Origin: Squalus acanthias
Taxonomy: Eukaryota
Length of the DNA: 64,000 bases
Assembly: GCA_030390025.1 (NCBI GenBank)
Contig: CM059429.1
Location: 30,752,001-30,816,000 of the forward strand
Direction of reading: 5' to 3'
A model generated the notes under the pieces. That model made no database searches, was not told the origin of the DNA, and saw nothing but the letters and a program-made list of their open reading frames with translations. Positions 35,701 to 47,945 of this stretch are shown one piece after another; positions within the stretch are counted from its first letter, which is position 1; each line of letters begins with the position of its first letter. The position numbers and the translations under genes are program-made.

Positions 35701-38464
35701 AGAGAAGGCAAAGTTGTAAAGGATCAGTTTGCTGTGAAGTGTTAAGTTTATGTATACTGGCTTACTTCAGATATTTCCACATGACTTGTGGGAAGGCTTA
35801 CATTGGAAACAAATGAGGAGGAACCAAGATGCTTCTTCCACCCATCCCCCCCCAACCCCAGCCCAAACCGACCTAACCATGCAAGCTGGAGTTAAAGGCC
35901 TCAGAGGCATTTGTATGTGGTACTTATATGAAATTAAATCTTTTATTGGAATAGAGATGTCACTAGATATGTACCAAAAATAAGCCAACACAACACTGTT
36001 GCACCATCCCCGATCTAATAGGATTGTTTTGGAAAGTAGAAGTCAGTCCCCATCATCCACCAGCTGTTTATTTTTCAAGTTGTCCTAATGGAATTAGATT
36101 ATAAATACTGTTCAACGTGTCCCATGATATGGAAAATAGATTGGATTTTACTACCTGAAGAGTATTTCTGTGATGAGTGAACAGTAAATTATCAAGTTAT
36201 ATTCGATGAGGAAGTTAACTTTAAAATTATTTGAAATTTGGATATAATGAGTTCTGCAGAACATCTGGAGTGAAAGATAATTCTGAAATGATGTTCTATG
36301 AGAAAAGGGCTGTGGAGAATGAAAGGCCCAGTAGCCTTTCAGGGCTCTACTGTAAGCAGGAGGAAGCTTCTTTCCTCATTCAACTCTGAGCCTAATACTG
36401 TACTCATTCTCTGTTCAGTTAATGGAATTGAGATGACTCCACTCTGTGCTTTGGATTGCAAATTAAGTAGAAATTTACAGACACTTAAAGATTACCTCAA
36501 TCTGCTTGACCTGTTGGTGATAAGTTTCATTAGTTCTCAGCTACACTGTTGGTAAGATAACTTGCATTAAGGGGAAAGATTACCTCAGGAGATGAACAGG
36601 CCATCAAGAACATTATAGTAGCAAAGTTGTAAAGTGACCAGTCTGGTAAATGTGAGGAAGAGTAACAGGAGGCTGTGTCGAAAGAATGTCTGAAGATTTT
36701 ATTTAAAATGTTGCCCTTGAGGTCTTGTTTCTCTGTAGTAACTCTTCAATTGGCTGGCTTACAGTCAGTGCTCCTGTCATCAGTTTATAAAAGGGGCACT
36801 TGTAATAAGATGGGAGCATTGTCAAATTTTCCCTTCTAATATGAGGTCCTTCACTATGAGAGGGCGCTTCATCAAGTAGGAATTGTGTAAAGCTATGCCA
36901 TATGTGTTTAGTATGTTGTGGATACAAACCTACAACCATCAAGTTGTGAAGTGAACATTGTAACTAGAGTATCAAAGTAAATAGTAGATATAAATAAATG
37001 TAAATTTTAACTTTTTGTAAGGTGGCAAATTTAGTTTGTGTATTATATATGTGTGTCTGTGTCTATGTAGATACGTGTGTATGTGTGCGCAATATAATTT
37101 TCTAAATTCAAGTTGCCTTCATAATAAACTGAGATTAATTGGTTGAAGTAGATGAAAAGAGCTAATCATTTGTTGAGTATGTTGGTATACAAGTACATAT
37201 CGCCATCAAGTGGTACAATGTGGACTAATGCCTGCTGTTGCCCACATAATGAGTTCCTGGGCAAAGGCAGAGTCGTGGCAGAAGGCTTTTTTTTAATGTG
37301 CATAATGTTGGGAGAGGTAATAAATAGATCTAAGATGGTTAGAAATAGAATTTTAAACATGGAGAGAATTATTTAAAAAAACAAGAATGAAAGTTTTTTT
37401 TAAAAGAATGAATTACTACATTCCTGTGAATGTCTGCCTTTGGCCTCAGCCTCTATTTTCAACACTTAAATTTTAAATGAATTCGCCACAAAAATATTAT
37501 TGTGTCAGAACAATTAGATTGTTTCATAATAATTCAAAGGAAATATCTGGCACATTTGCAGAAAATGTAACAACACTCAGGTGTGTATACTGAGTTTATC
37601 ATTAGTTTTAATAAATTAGTGTTGTCTCCTGTCAGAACACACACTAGTGTTTAACAGTCCTGATAACCTATTTGCATTTCATTACTACTTAATTAAACAT
37701 TACAATTTTTTTCTTGAAGCCTACGAAGGGGTTTGCTTAGCTTTCAGTTTAACACCCGAAACTTTAAACTATCTGTTCTGCTTACAGATATTAATGGATG
37801 TGTTATGCATCTCCAGCATTTTCTGTTTTTATTTCAGATTTCTAGCATTTGCTATTTTTTATTTTTGTTACATACTCTACATTCCCAGGTTCTAGCCCAT
37901 TCAATAAGTTGCTTGTTTCTTAACTTGCAAGTTTAGAACAATTTCTAAAATCAATGTATTTTTTAATGTCAAACTTCCAGGAGTTTGTGTTAATGGGTAG
38001 CACATTGCTTTAATAACCCATTACTATGGCAATGCTGTTGGCTTAGCAGAAACAAAGATATTGCATTAATATGCATCTGCCCAGACTTTTATACAAAACA
38101 TTAATTTGAAGAGTTTACACTTGTAATGTCAGTATACTCTTCTTCAAAGCAGTGATGATAAATGCATCTTCAGATAAGTGATCTTATCCCAAAATTTTAT
38201 TGCAGAAACTACATCAGCTAATGTGCTGAGATTCTTTCAGCAGTAAATGTTTTAGTAATAAAGTGAACAGGGCCACAATAACTCCATATCAGACTGGTTG
38301 TATGTCGCCGGTGGCACTGTTCACAGTGAATCAGAGGTTATGCTGTTGCAAAGGGATACACATCTCTGCTGAAAGATTTTGAAAGTTAAAAAAAAAAATA
38401 CCTCCAGAGACCATGAAGTAAATGTTTTTTGATTGGTTTCTTGAAAATATCTAGCATTTCCCTT

Positions 38465-38635
38465 GCAACAACTTGCATTTATATTGCACCTTTAATGTAG
38501 TAAAACATCCCAAGGTGCTTCACAGGAGCGTTAGCAAGCAAAATTTGACAAAGCCACATAAGGAGAGATGAGGACAGGTGACCAAAAGCTTGGTCAAAGA
38601 GGTAGTTTTAAGGGGCTTTTTAAAGGAGGAGAGGC
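38465..38635 (-). mobile_element. L2 3' end fragment
   Basis: caacaacttgcatttatattgcacctttaatgtagtaaaacatcccaagg...ggtgaccaaaagcttggtcaaagagg. Confidence 0.8.
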
Positions 38636-38643
38636 ACCCACTA

Positions 38644-39121
38644 CAGGAAACTCTTTGGTATCCGGCACCGACGGGACCGGCGTGGTGCCGGTTGATCAAA
38701 AGTTCCGGATAACGGAGAGTTATATCTACCGAGGCTATTTTTAACAAACAAAAATCAGACTCCTGTTACTGCCGTGTTCGGACTTCCGACAGTGCCAGGA
38801 GGCCGAGTAGTGGCACTTTGGAGAACTACCCCCACTGACTAACTCGGCGTTCGCGGGAGACTCGGACTCGGACTCGGCAACATTGCCGGTTATTTGAGAG
38901 GAGTTTTCGGAGTACTCGGCGTTCGCGGGAGACTCGGACTCGGACTCGGCAACATTGCCGGTTATTTGAGAGGAGTTTTCCGAGTACTCGGCGTTCGCGG
39001 GAGACTCGGACTCGGACTCGGCAACATTGCCAGTTATTTGAGAGGAGTTTTCGGAGTATGATTTTTGCCGGTTAAGAGAGAATTCCGGATATTTAGGTGC
39101 CGGTTAAACAAGAGTTTCCTG
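38644..39121. mobile_element. Tc1/mariner (pogo/Tigger-like) MITE with an internal tandem array
   Basis: TA|CAGGAAACTCTT...CCGGCACC and GGTGCCGG...AAGAGTTTCCTG|TA; TA TSD. Confidence 0.85.
38842..39057. repeat. 3 x 72-bp near-perfect tandem repeat
   Basis: Units start at 38842, 38914 and 38986; each contains (GACTCG)3. Confidence 0.95.
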
Positions 39122-39479
39122 TATATAGCTAAATAAATGAGTTCCCCTTACAGACTACACTTCCATAAATAAATAAATCTTGGAATGTAATATATTACAC
39201 CTGCAGGAGGGTAATTTTAACCTAATCCACCAAGTGGGAAACTGATGTGATTAGAACGACCACCCAATTTTATTTTCCATTGACGTGAGTACCTATTGCT
39301 TTTTACAAAGTCTGTGTAACTACTTGCTTTAACATTTATAGGCTATAATCAGGGCCGTTCTCGAGCTATCAGCTGCTGAGAGGCATATCCGCTTTTTAAA
39401 AACATAAATGGTTGGTTAGTTCTTGCTAATTTTCTAGACAGGTTTTGGACAGCGGGTGCTGGTAATGGTTCTGCTGTTT

Positions 39480-40930
39480 ACAGCTCCTCTAGACCCATCT
39501 TTCGTTTCTTTACTTGTCCCATTAACCCCCCCCCCCCTTTGCCTTGCACCATAATCCCTTTTGTCATTTAATCACTCCTGCCTTCCAACCCATGACAGAA
39601 TCATAGAATGGTTACAGCACAGGAGGCTATTCGGCCTGTTGAGCCCGTGCCGGCTCTCTACAAGAGCACTTCAGCTAGTCCCACTCTCCCGCCCTTTCCC
39701 CGTAGCCCTGCAAATTTTTTTCCTTCAGGTACTTATCCAATTCCCTTTTGAAAGCCACGATTGAATCTGCCTCCACCACCCTATCAAGCAGTGCATTCCA
39801 GATCCTAACCACTCACTGCGTAAAAAAGTTTTTCCTCATGTTGCCTTTGATTCTTCTGCCAATCACCTTAAATCTGTGTCCTCTGGTTCTCAACCCTTCT
39901 GCCAATGGGAACAGTTTTTCTCTATCTACTCTCTCTAGACCCCTCAGGATTTTGAACACCTCTATCAAATCTCCTCTCAACCTTCTCTGCTCTAAGGAGA
40001 ACAATCCCACCTTCTCCAGTCTATCCACGTAACTGAAGTCCCTCATCCCTGGAACCATTCTTGTAAATCTTTTCTGCACCCTCTCTAAGGCCTTCACATC
40101 CTTTCTAAAGTGCAGTGCCCAGAATTGGACACAATACTCCAGTTGAGGCCAAACCAGTGTTTTATAAAGGTTCATCATAACTTCCTTGCTTTTGTACTCT
40201 ATGCCTCTATTTATAGAATCCAGGATCCCGTATGCTTTTTTAACCACTTTCTCAACCTGCCCTGCCACCTTCAATGATTTGTGCACATATACCCCCGGTC
40301 TCTCTGTTCATGCACCCCCTTTAGAATTGTACCCTTTACTTTATGTTGTCTCTCCTTGTTCTTCCTATCAAAATGTATCACTTCGCACTTTTCTGCATTA
40401 AATTTCATCTGCCATGTGTCCACCCATTCCACCAGCCTGTCTATGTCCTCTTGAAGTCTATCACTATCCTCCTCACTAACTCTTCTCTCAAGTTTCATTT
40501 TTGAAATTGTGCCCTGTACACCCAAGTCTAAGTCATTAATATATATTAAGAAAAGCAGTGGTCCTAGTACTGACTCCTGGTGAACACGACTGTGTACCTT
40601 CCTCCAGTTTGATAAACAACCGTTTACCACTACTCTCTGTTTCCTGTCACTTAGCCAATTTCGTATCCATGCTGCCACTGTCCCTTTTATTCCATGGGCT
40701 TCAACTTTGCTGGCAAGCCTATTATGTGGCACTTTATCAAACGCCTTTTGGAAGTTTACGCCTTACAGACCTTCCCTTTTGTTATTTCCTTCCCTCTCCC
40801 TGCCTGTGTACTTACTTAAAACCTGTTATATCCTTAACTTTTGCCAGTCCTGAAAAAGGTCATCGACCTGAAATGTTAACTGTTTCTCTCTCCACAGAAG
40901 CTGCTGAGTAGTTCCAGCATGTTCTGTTTT
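39480..40930 (+). mobile_element. Penelope pseudo-LTR remnant split by a CR1 insertion; mutated hammerhead at about 40845-40882
   Basis: Pyrimidine-rich PLE tail on both sides of the CR1, with ACAGA repeated at both junctions. The core reads CTGAAAA...AGGTC(atc)GACCT GAAATGTT, i.e. G8 and the palindrome are mutated. Confidence 0.7.
39597..40757 (-). mobile_element. 5'-truncated CR1 LINE
   Basis: ORFs 40271-40732 and 39813-40286 (VLGPLLFLIYINDL; WQMKFNAEKC; LEYCVQFW; RRLRGDLIEVFK; TRGH); 3' tail ...attctatgattct. Confidence 0.92.
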
Positions 40931-41090
40931 TACTGCATTTATATAGCGCCTTTCACAAACTCCAGATGTCCCAAAGCACTTTATGGCCAATGAAGTACTA
41001 TTTGAAATGTAGTCACTGTTGCAAGGTAGGAATTGTGGCAGCCAATTTGTGCACAGCAAGCTCCCACAAACAGCAATGAGATAAATGAGC
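40930..41090 (-). mobile_element. DeuSINE 3' fragment
   Basis: Matches 4455-4610. Confidence 0.75.
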
Positions 41091-41094
41091 ATAG

Positions 41095-41365
41095 TATCAT
41101 AGAAAAATTACTACACAGGAGGCCATGTGGCCCATCGTGTCTATGCCGGTCAGAAAAGAGCTACCCAGCCTAATCCCACCTTCCAGCACTAGGTCCATAG
41201 CCCTGTAGGTTACGGCTCTTCAAGTGCACATCCAAGTACTTTTTAAATGTGATGAGGGTTTCTGCCTCTACCACCCTTTCGGGCAGTGAGTTCCAGACCC
41301 CCCATCACCCTCTGGGTGAAATTGTTTTCCTTCATCTCCCCTCTAATCCTTCTACCACTTAATCT
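41095..41365 (-). mobile_element. CR1 3' end fragment
   Basis: atcatagaa...acaggaggcc...cagtgagttccagacc...ctgggtgaa, a CR1 terminal pattern. Confidence 0.7.
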
Positions 41366-41504
41366 GTTTTAGTGCTGTAGCTACTTAGCTATAAAGTGGA
41401 TTTCTGCATTATTTTGTCTTTAGCTTTGCTAGAATACTAAAACATTTTCCCCTGTGCACTTTCATGGCAACTTTCCTCCTCTTTCAAACTTAGTTCCAAC
41501 CTGC

Positions 41505-41831
41505 GGGGGGAGGGCCGGGGACGGAGCCGGCAGCTCCTGGGCCGGGCGGGGGGCCGGGGACGGTGGCCGGCAGCTCCTGGTCCGGGCGGGGGGCCGGGGA
41601 CGGAGCTCCTGGTCCGGGCGGGCGGGGGGCCGGGGACGGAGCTCCTGGTCCGGGCGGGCGGGCGGGGGGCCGGGGACGGAGCTCCTGGTCCGGGTGGGGG
41701 GCCGGGGACGGAGCTCCTGGTCCGGGTGGGGGGACGGGGACGGAGCTCCTGGTCCGGGTGGGGGGCCGGGGACGGAGCCGGCAGCTCCTGGGCCGGGCGG
41801 GGGGCCGGGGACGGAGCCGGCAGCTCCTGGG
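41505..41831. repeat. G-rich minisatellite, about 9 units of 31-39 bp, upstream of PSMD1
   Basis: Unit gggggccggggacgga(gccggca)gctcctgg(t/g)ccggg(c/t)g. Confidence 0.92.
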
Positions 41832-42480
41832 AGACGTCATCCGCGTCCAACCTCCAACGGCGGGGCTTCAAGTGAGCTGTCTAACACATTGTCAATCATT
41901 TAAAAAACATATAGAGGCGAATTTTTTTTTTAAATTAAAAAAAATACGGCGTAATTTTTTTTTAAAGTACAAGCAGCTCCTTTTGAAGTAATTGGCGTTG
42001 AAGTATGCTGTGAGGAGGAGCAGGCAGACGGAAGCCGAAGACGGGCCGGGCCAGGCCCCCTCCCCGGGTGAAGAGGTGTTCGTGTGAAAAGGCCTGAGTC
42101 AGAGCGGCAGCGCAGAGTCCGAGTCCGAGCCCGAACCGGGAGAGGCAGCGACAGACAACACAGAGCCTGAGCCCGGACAGTCAGTCAGCGGCAGCACAGA
42201 GCGCCTCATCCGCGGCTACAGCATGATTACCTCGGCCGGTGAGTCAGCTTATTCCCAATCCCAGTTGATTTGCTCTGAGGGTGAATGAATCTGCCGGCTG
42301 GGCCCGGCTCTGGGCTCCCCGTGGCTGATCCTCCCGGCGCCGGTCCGCATTGGCCTAGTTGGAATCGCCGTTTCTGGCTTGAATAACTAACTAACTGTGT
42401 TCAAGTTGGCACCGCGCAGCTGAGTCACTGAATGAATGAGGCCTGAGAGCGGGCGCTGAAACCCTGGCACCGGGGCCGCT
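41830..42480 (+). promoter_or_regulatory. PSMD1 CpG-island promoter / 5' UTR with CRE-like, ETS and ARE/AP-1 motifs
   Basis: gacgtca at about 41833; cggaag at about 42029; TGAGTCA at 42095, 42240 and 42421, the last two in full ARE context (GTGAGTCAGC, GCTGAGTCAC). Confidence 0.6.
42223..42238 (+). CDS. PSMD1: 26S proteasome subunit Rpn2, exon 1 (MITSA)
   Basis: agcATGATTACCTCGGCCG|GTGAGT; 16 nt, joins exon 2 in frame to give MITSAAGIISLLDE. Confidence 0.93.
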
Positions 42481-42652
42481 TTCAGCAACACCCAACCAAC
42501 AGGGTTGAATTAGAATCTATTGTTTTACTGTCATCGCGAAGGGCCCGTACACAGGAGAGGGTGGCTATCGCCAGAAAATAAAGCCGAGTGCACCGTGTGT
42601 GGTTAATGTCCCTAACTCCAGAGCGGTGTCAGTGAGATACATGTGTTGGCAA

Positions 42653-44100
42653 CAACAGCAACTTGTATTTATATAGCGCCTGTAACTTATTAAAACGTCC
42701 CAAGGCGCTGCACAGGAGTATTTTAAGACAACAAATTTGACACCGAGCCACATAAGGAGAAATTAGGGCAGGTGACCAAAAGCTTGGTCGAAAAGGTAGG
42801 TTTTAAGGAGCGTCTTAAAGGAGGAAAGAGAAGTAGCGAGGCGGAGAGGTTTAGGCAGGGAATTCCAGAGCTTGGGGCCTAGGCAACAGAAGGCACGGCC
42901 ACCAAAGGTTGAGCGATTATAATCAGGGATGCTCAAGAGGGCAGAATTAGAGGAGCGTAGATATCTCTGAGGGTTGTGGGGTTGAAGGAGATTACAGAGA
43001 TAGGAAGGGGCGAGGCCATGGAGGGATTTGAAAACAAGGACGAGAATTTTGAAAACGAGGCACTGCTTGGGAGCCAATGTAGGCCAGCGAGCACAGGGGA
43101 GATGGGCGAATGGGACTTGGTGCGAGTTAGGACATGGGCAGCCGAGTTTTGGATGCCCTCAAGTTTACGTAGGGTGGAATGTGGGAGGCCAGCCAGGAGT
43201 GCGTTGGAATAGTCAAGTCTAGAGTTAACAAAGGCATGGATGAGGGTTTCAGCAGCGAATGAGGTGAGGCAAGGGCGGAGATGGGCGATGTTATGGAGGT
43301 GGAAGTAGGTGGTCTTTGTTATGCTGCAGATATGTGGTCGAAGCTCATCTCGGGGTCAAATATGACACCAAGGTGCGAACAGTGTAGTTCAGCCTCAGAC
43401 AGATGTTGGGGAGAGGGATGGAGTCAGTAGCTAGGGAACGGAGTTTGTGGCGGGGACCAAAAACGATGGCTTCGCTCCAACCAATTTTTTGCTCATCCAG
43501 AATTGTGTGTCAGACCAGCAGTCTGACAATTTAGAGACCGTGGAGGGGTCGAGAGAAGTAGTGAGGTAGAGCTGGGTGTCGTCAGCGTGCATGTGGAAAC
43601 TGACGCTGTGTTTTCGGATGATGTTGCCAAGGGGCAACATGTAGATGAGAAATAGGAGTGGGCCAAGTATAGATCCTTGAGGGACACCAGAGGTAACGAT
43701 GCGGGAGCGGGAAGATAAGCCGTTGCAGGTGATTCTCTGGTTACGATTAGATAGATAAGAATGGAACCAGGCGAATGCAGTCCCACCCAGCTGGATGACG
43801 GTGGAAAGGCGTTGGAGAAGGATGGAGTGGTCAACCGTGTTAAAGGCTGCAGACAAGTCAAGAAGGACGAGGAGGGATAGTTTACCTTTGTTATAGTCAC
43901 AAAGGATGTCATTTGTGACTTTGATGAGAGCTGTTTCGGTGTTGTGGCAAGGGCGGAAACCTGATTGGCGGTATTCAAACATGGAATTGCGGGAAAGATG
44001 GGCACGGATTTGGGAGGCGACAACACGTTCAAGGACTTTGGAGAGGAAAAGGAGGTTGGAGATGGGGTGGTAGTTTGCAAGGACGGAGGGATCAAGGGTT
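42653..44100 (-). mobile_element. L2 LINE, RT to 3' end
   Basis: QSGFRPCHNTETAL, LLDLSAAFNTVDH, GVPQGSILGPLLF, HADDTQLY and GGRAFCCLGPKLWNSLP; (TTG)-like tail. Confidence 0.92.
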
Positions 44101-44580
44101 TAATGTAGTAAATCGTCCCAAGGCCTTTGACAGGAGCGTTATCAAACAAAATATAATACTGAGCCACTTGAGATATTAGGGCAGGTGGTTTTTAAGGAGT
44201 GTCTTAAAGGAGGAAAGAGGGGCGGAGAGATTTAATGACGGAATTTCAGAGCTTAGGGACTTGGCAGCTGAAGGCACGGCCGCCAATGGTGGAGCGATTA
44301 AAATCAGGGATGTGCAAGAGGCCAGAATTAGAGGAGCGCAGATATCTCGGAGGGTTGTAAGGCTGGAGGAGATTAGAGATTGGGAGAGACGAGGCCATGG
44401 AGGGATTTTAAAACAAGGATGAGAATTTTAAAATCGAGGCATTGCTTAACCTGGAGCCAACATAAGCCAGCGAGCACAGGGGTGATGGGTGAGTGGGACT
44501 TGGTGCGAGTTAGGACACGGGCAGCAGAGTTTTGGATGACCTCAAGTTTACGGAGGGTAGAATGGGCCGGCCAGGACCGT
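44100..44580 (-). mobile_element. Second L2 3' fragment
   Basis: KLEVIQNSAARVLT...HSPITPVL...FKILILV. Confidence 0.85.
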
Positions 44581-44834
44581 AAGGTGGTGTTGGGTTTATA
44601 TTGTGCGGTCAGTAAATCCAAGGAAGTATAAGTGAGGGAACAGCTATTTATAGTGAGCTGTCCATAAATCTAGGGAGAGGTGCAATATAGTGAGGACAGA
44701 CATGCACCATCATCTCCGTGTTAAATCCATGGTAATATCAAAAGCGAGATGACATTCTTAAATCAAGGTCAATAAGGATAGATGAATAGTTCAGTGTTCA
44801 TTTTCTCTAATTGGAGTGATCGGGAGCAAGTGCG

Positions 44835-46240
44835 CAACAACTTGCATTTATTTAGCACCTTTAACATAGCAAATGCCCAAGGATAGGGGAATGAACAGTG
44901 AGCCACAGATGGACAGACCAGGAGGGGTGATTGAAAGATTGGTCCAAAAGATGGGTTTTGAAAAAAAAATTGTTAAGGTAGTGAGAGCATGAGGCTAAGG
45001 GGCTTAAAGAGGGAGTTCCAGAGAATTGGGCTCAAGTGCCTTAGGGCAATGCCACTAATGGTAGGGTGAAGGGAGACAGGCACATGCACAAATAAGGAGA
45101 GTTGGGGGACTGAAGGGTACAGGATGGTATACAAGGCTGGAGGGACTTGAAGACTAGGACAAGATTTTAAATTTAATGCATTGAGGAATTGGGAGCCAAT
45201 ATAGGTCAGTAAGGACGAGTAATGGGTAAGCGGGCTTAGTGGAGGACAGGATGCGTTTTGGACCAGTTAGAATTTATGGAGGATGGGAGACTAGCAAGCA
45301 GAACATTAGTAAAATTGAGTTCCGAAGTGCCAAAAGAGCAACATAGATAAGGGTTTCAGCAGCAAAGGAGCTGATATGGGGTGGCAGCAGGGAACATTGC
45401 AGAGGTGTAAATTTTGTTTTGTTGATGGCTAGGACATGGGGTTTGCTCCTCAACTCTGGGGTGAGCAGGACGCCAAGGTTTCGCACCTTTTGGCTCAGAT
45501 TTGGCAAGCAGCAAATGGAGTTAATGGCAAGGAGGTGAAGTTTATAGCAGTGGTCAAAAATGATGGCTATGTATTTCCTGTTGTGAGTTGGACGACTGCC
45601 TCATCCATGATTTCATGTTGGGCCGACAACCTGACATGGTCGTGGATTCAAGAGAATTGCTTACTTATGTAAGCTGATAATGTCACCAAGGGGCAGCAGG
45701 TAGATGACGTAGGGGGTGGGGGGCAAGGATTTATCCTTGAGGCTTTCCTGAAGTAACATTTGTGGGTATGGGAAGAGTATCTGTTGCTGTTGCTGCGTCA
45801 GCTTTGTTTGGATAAGTAATAGTGGAACCATGCATGGGCAGTTCCTTGGAGATGGACAGTGGAGAAGAGGCAATGGAGGAGGATGTGATGGTCAACTATC
45901 AAATGCAGCAGAGTGGTCGAGGAGGACAAGGAGGGATGTCACATCCCAGTCACAGAAGATGCCTATTGTGATGGTGTTGTCAAAAGGATGGAAGCCAGAC
46001 CCGAGGGTTTCGGATAGGGAGTTTTGGAAGAAATGGGCATGGTATCGGAGGTAACGACACGTTTGGCAACCTTGGGAAAGGGGGTGGGTGGAGATGGGGC
46101 GTTAGTGGGAAAGGATAAATGGGTTTGAGGGTGAGTTTTTGAGTAGAAATAGGGTAAGGGAGAGGAGCGTTGCCTGAGGAAGGGCCTATTAACATTGTAA
46201 GCTAACACGGGGCTGGGATGAATAGTTGAGTGGTCATTTT
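44835..46240 (-). mobile_element. Older L2 LINE fragment
   Basis: Diverged copy of the same region (VRNLGVLL, YLLPLGDII) with an L2 tail at about 44836. Confidence 0.75.
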
Positions 46241-46489
46241 GATATTTTTGTATTATTAGTGTGCAGTTAGATTGTAATTATAAGCAAGAAAGAACCACAA
46301 ACTCTGAATTTGTCCCAACTGCCTTGAAAGTTGTATGTTGTATTATTAAATGCAGCATAGATTACAGCGTTTTTGTTTTTCTATACAGTATAATAGCAGC
46401 CTCTGGTCTCTAATTTATGTAAGCAGAATCAATTCCAGGAACTGTAACACTTAATATACATCCCCAGACAGCAACATACATTTTTTAAT

Positions 46490-46584
46490 AAAAACAGAAA
46501 ATGTTGGAAACACACAGTAGGTCAGGCAACATCTGGGGAGAGAAACAGAGTTAACGTTTCAGGTGGAGGAGCTTTCATCAGAAC
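46490..46584 (-). mobile_element. Penelope terminal fragment with a damaged hammerhead
   Basis: Minus strand: gttCTGATGAaagctcctccacctGAAAcgttaac. The core is intact; stem II has two C-C mismatches. Confidence 0.7.
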
Positions 46585-46884
46585 ATGTGCATTTTAATAA
46601 ATGTCCCAAGATGTTCAGAGATGGAATGACCACCAGCCAGTAGCAGATGAATTTGGAGGTGACTGAAGGCATGTCGAAGAGGTAAGTTTCAAGGAGGCTT
46701 TTGAAGCTGAGGAGAGAAGTAGCAAAGCAGAAGGATTTGGAGAAAAAAAACTTTTGAGTAAACGCACACAGAATTACATACACAAGAAGATGACAGCAAA
46801 TTTTGTTGAAATGTAGACCTGGGAACTGAATGCCAATACATTATTTAAATAAATTGTTAGTAATAGATTGGGTTAGAAAGATTC

Positions 46885-47945
46885 TTTATAGGAACAGGAG
46901 TGGGCCATTCAACCCCTTGAGCCTGTTCTGGTATTCCATTGATCGTAGCTGATCTGTACCCCAACTCTATTTATCTGCCTTTGATCCATGTCCCTTGATA
47001 CCCATACCTAATTTTTAAAAAATCTATCGATCTCCAGTTTTCAGAATTCCAATTGACCCAGCATCCACAGCCTTTTGGTGGAGAGTTCCTGATTTCCAGT
47101 ACCATTTATGTGGAAAAGGTACTTCCTGTTTTCACTCCTGAATGGCCTAGCTCTAATTAATTATTGTACCCCTTTGTCCTGGATTTCTCCCAAATCCCTT
47201 TTTATCATTTTATTCACCTCAATTAGATCTCAATCTTCTAAACTCAAGGGGACCTTTCTTCATAACTCAACCCTTTAAGTCAGCGCATCATTCAGGATGA
47301 ATCTGCATTGTACCGCCTCCAAGGCCAATGTATCCTTTTTGAGGTGCGGTGCCCAGAACTGATTTCAGTGCTCCAGATGGGGCCTGACCAAGGCTCTGTA
47401 CAACTGAAGCATAACTTCCTCCTATTTGTATTCCAACCCCCTTGTGATAAAGGCTAACATTCTATTAGGATTACTTTTTCTATCTGTGCACTAGCTTTTA
47501 ATGATTTGTGTACCAGGACACCCAAATCCCTTTGCTTCTCCACAGCTCCTAGTTTCTCCCCATTAAGAAAATATTCTGATTTGTCTGTCTTGGATCCAAA
47601 GTGGATGACCTCACATTCCCCCACATTGAAACTCTCATCTGCCACAGTTTTGTTCACTCACTTAATCTGTTTATGACCCTTTGTAACCTCCTGCTCCCAT
47701 ATCCCTGCTCTTTCTCTCCTACCTCTTGTACAAAATCTTATCAAATGCCTTTTGGAAGTCCATACAGACAACATCTATAGACCCTGCCCTATCCACCATG
47801 TTAGTGACCTCAAAAAATTCAACTTGATTAGTCCAACATGACCTACCCTTCACAAGTCCATGCTGACTCTCTTTGATCAGCTCATACTTGTCCAAGTGCT
47901 CAGTCACTCTGCCTCTGATAGATTCCAGTAACTTCCCCACAACTG
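46885..47945 (-). mobile_element. Old CR1 fragment with internal deletions
   Basis: SQHGLVKGRSC, MDFQKAFDK, FNVGECEVIHFG and QRDLGVLVH. Confidence 0.8.

Noticed and set aside
38842-39057. CRISPR-like regular repeat
   Set aside because: Units are contiguous with no unique spacers, lie within a TA-flanked MITE, and there are no cas genes in this vertebrate DNA.
41437-41991. Pro/Gly/Arg-rich ORFs in several frames
   Set aside because: Stop-free by-product of the GC-rich minisatellite.
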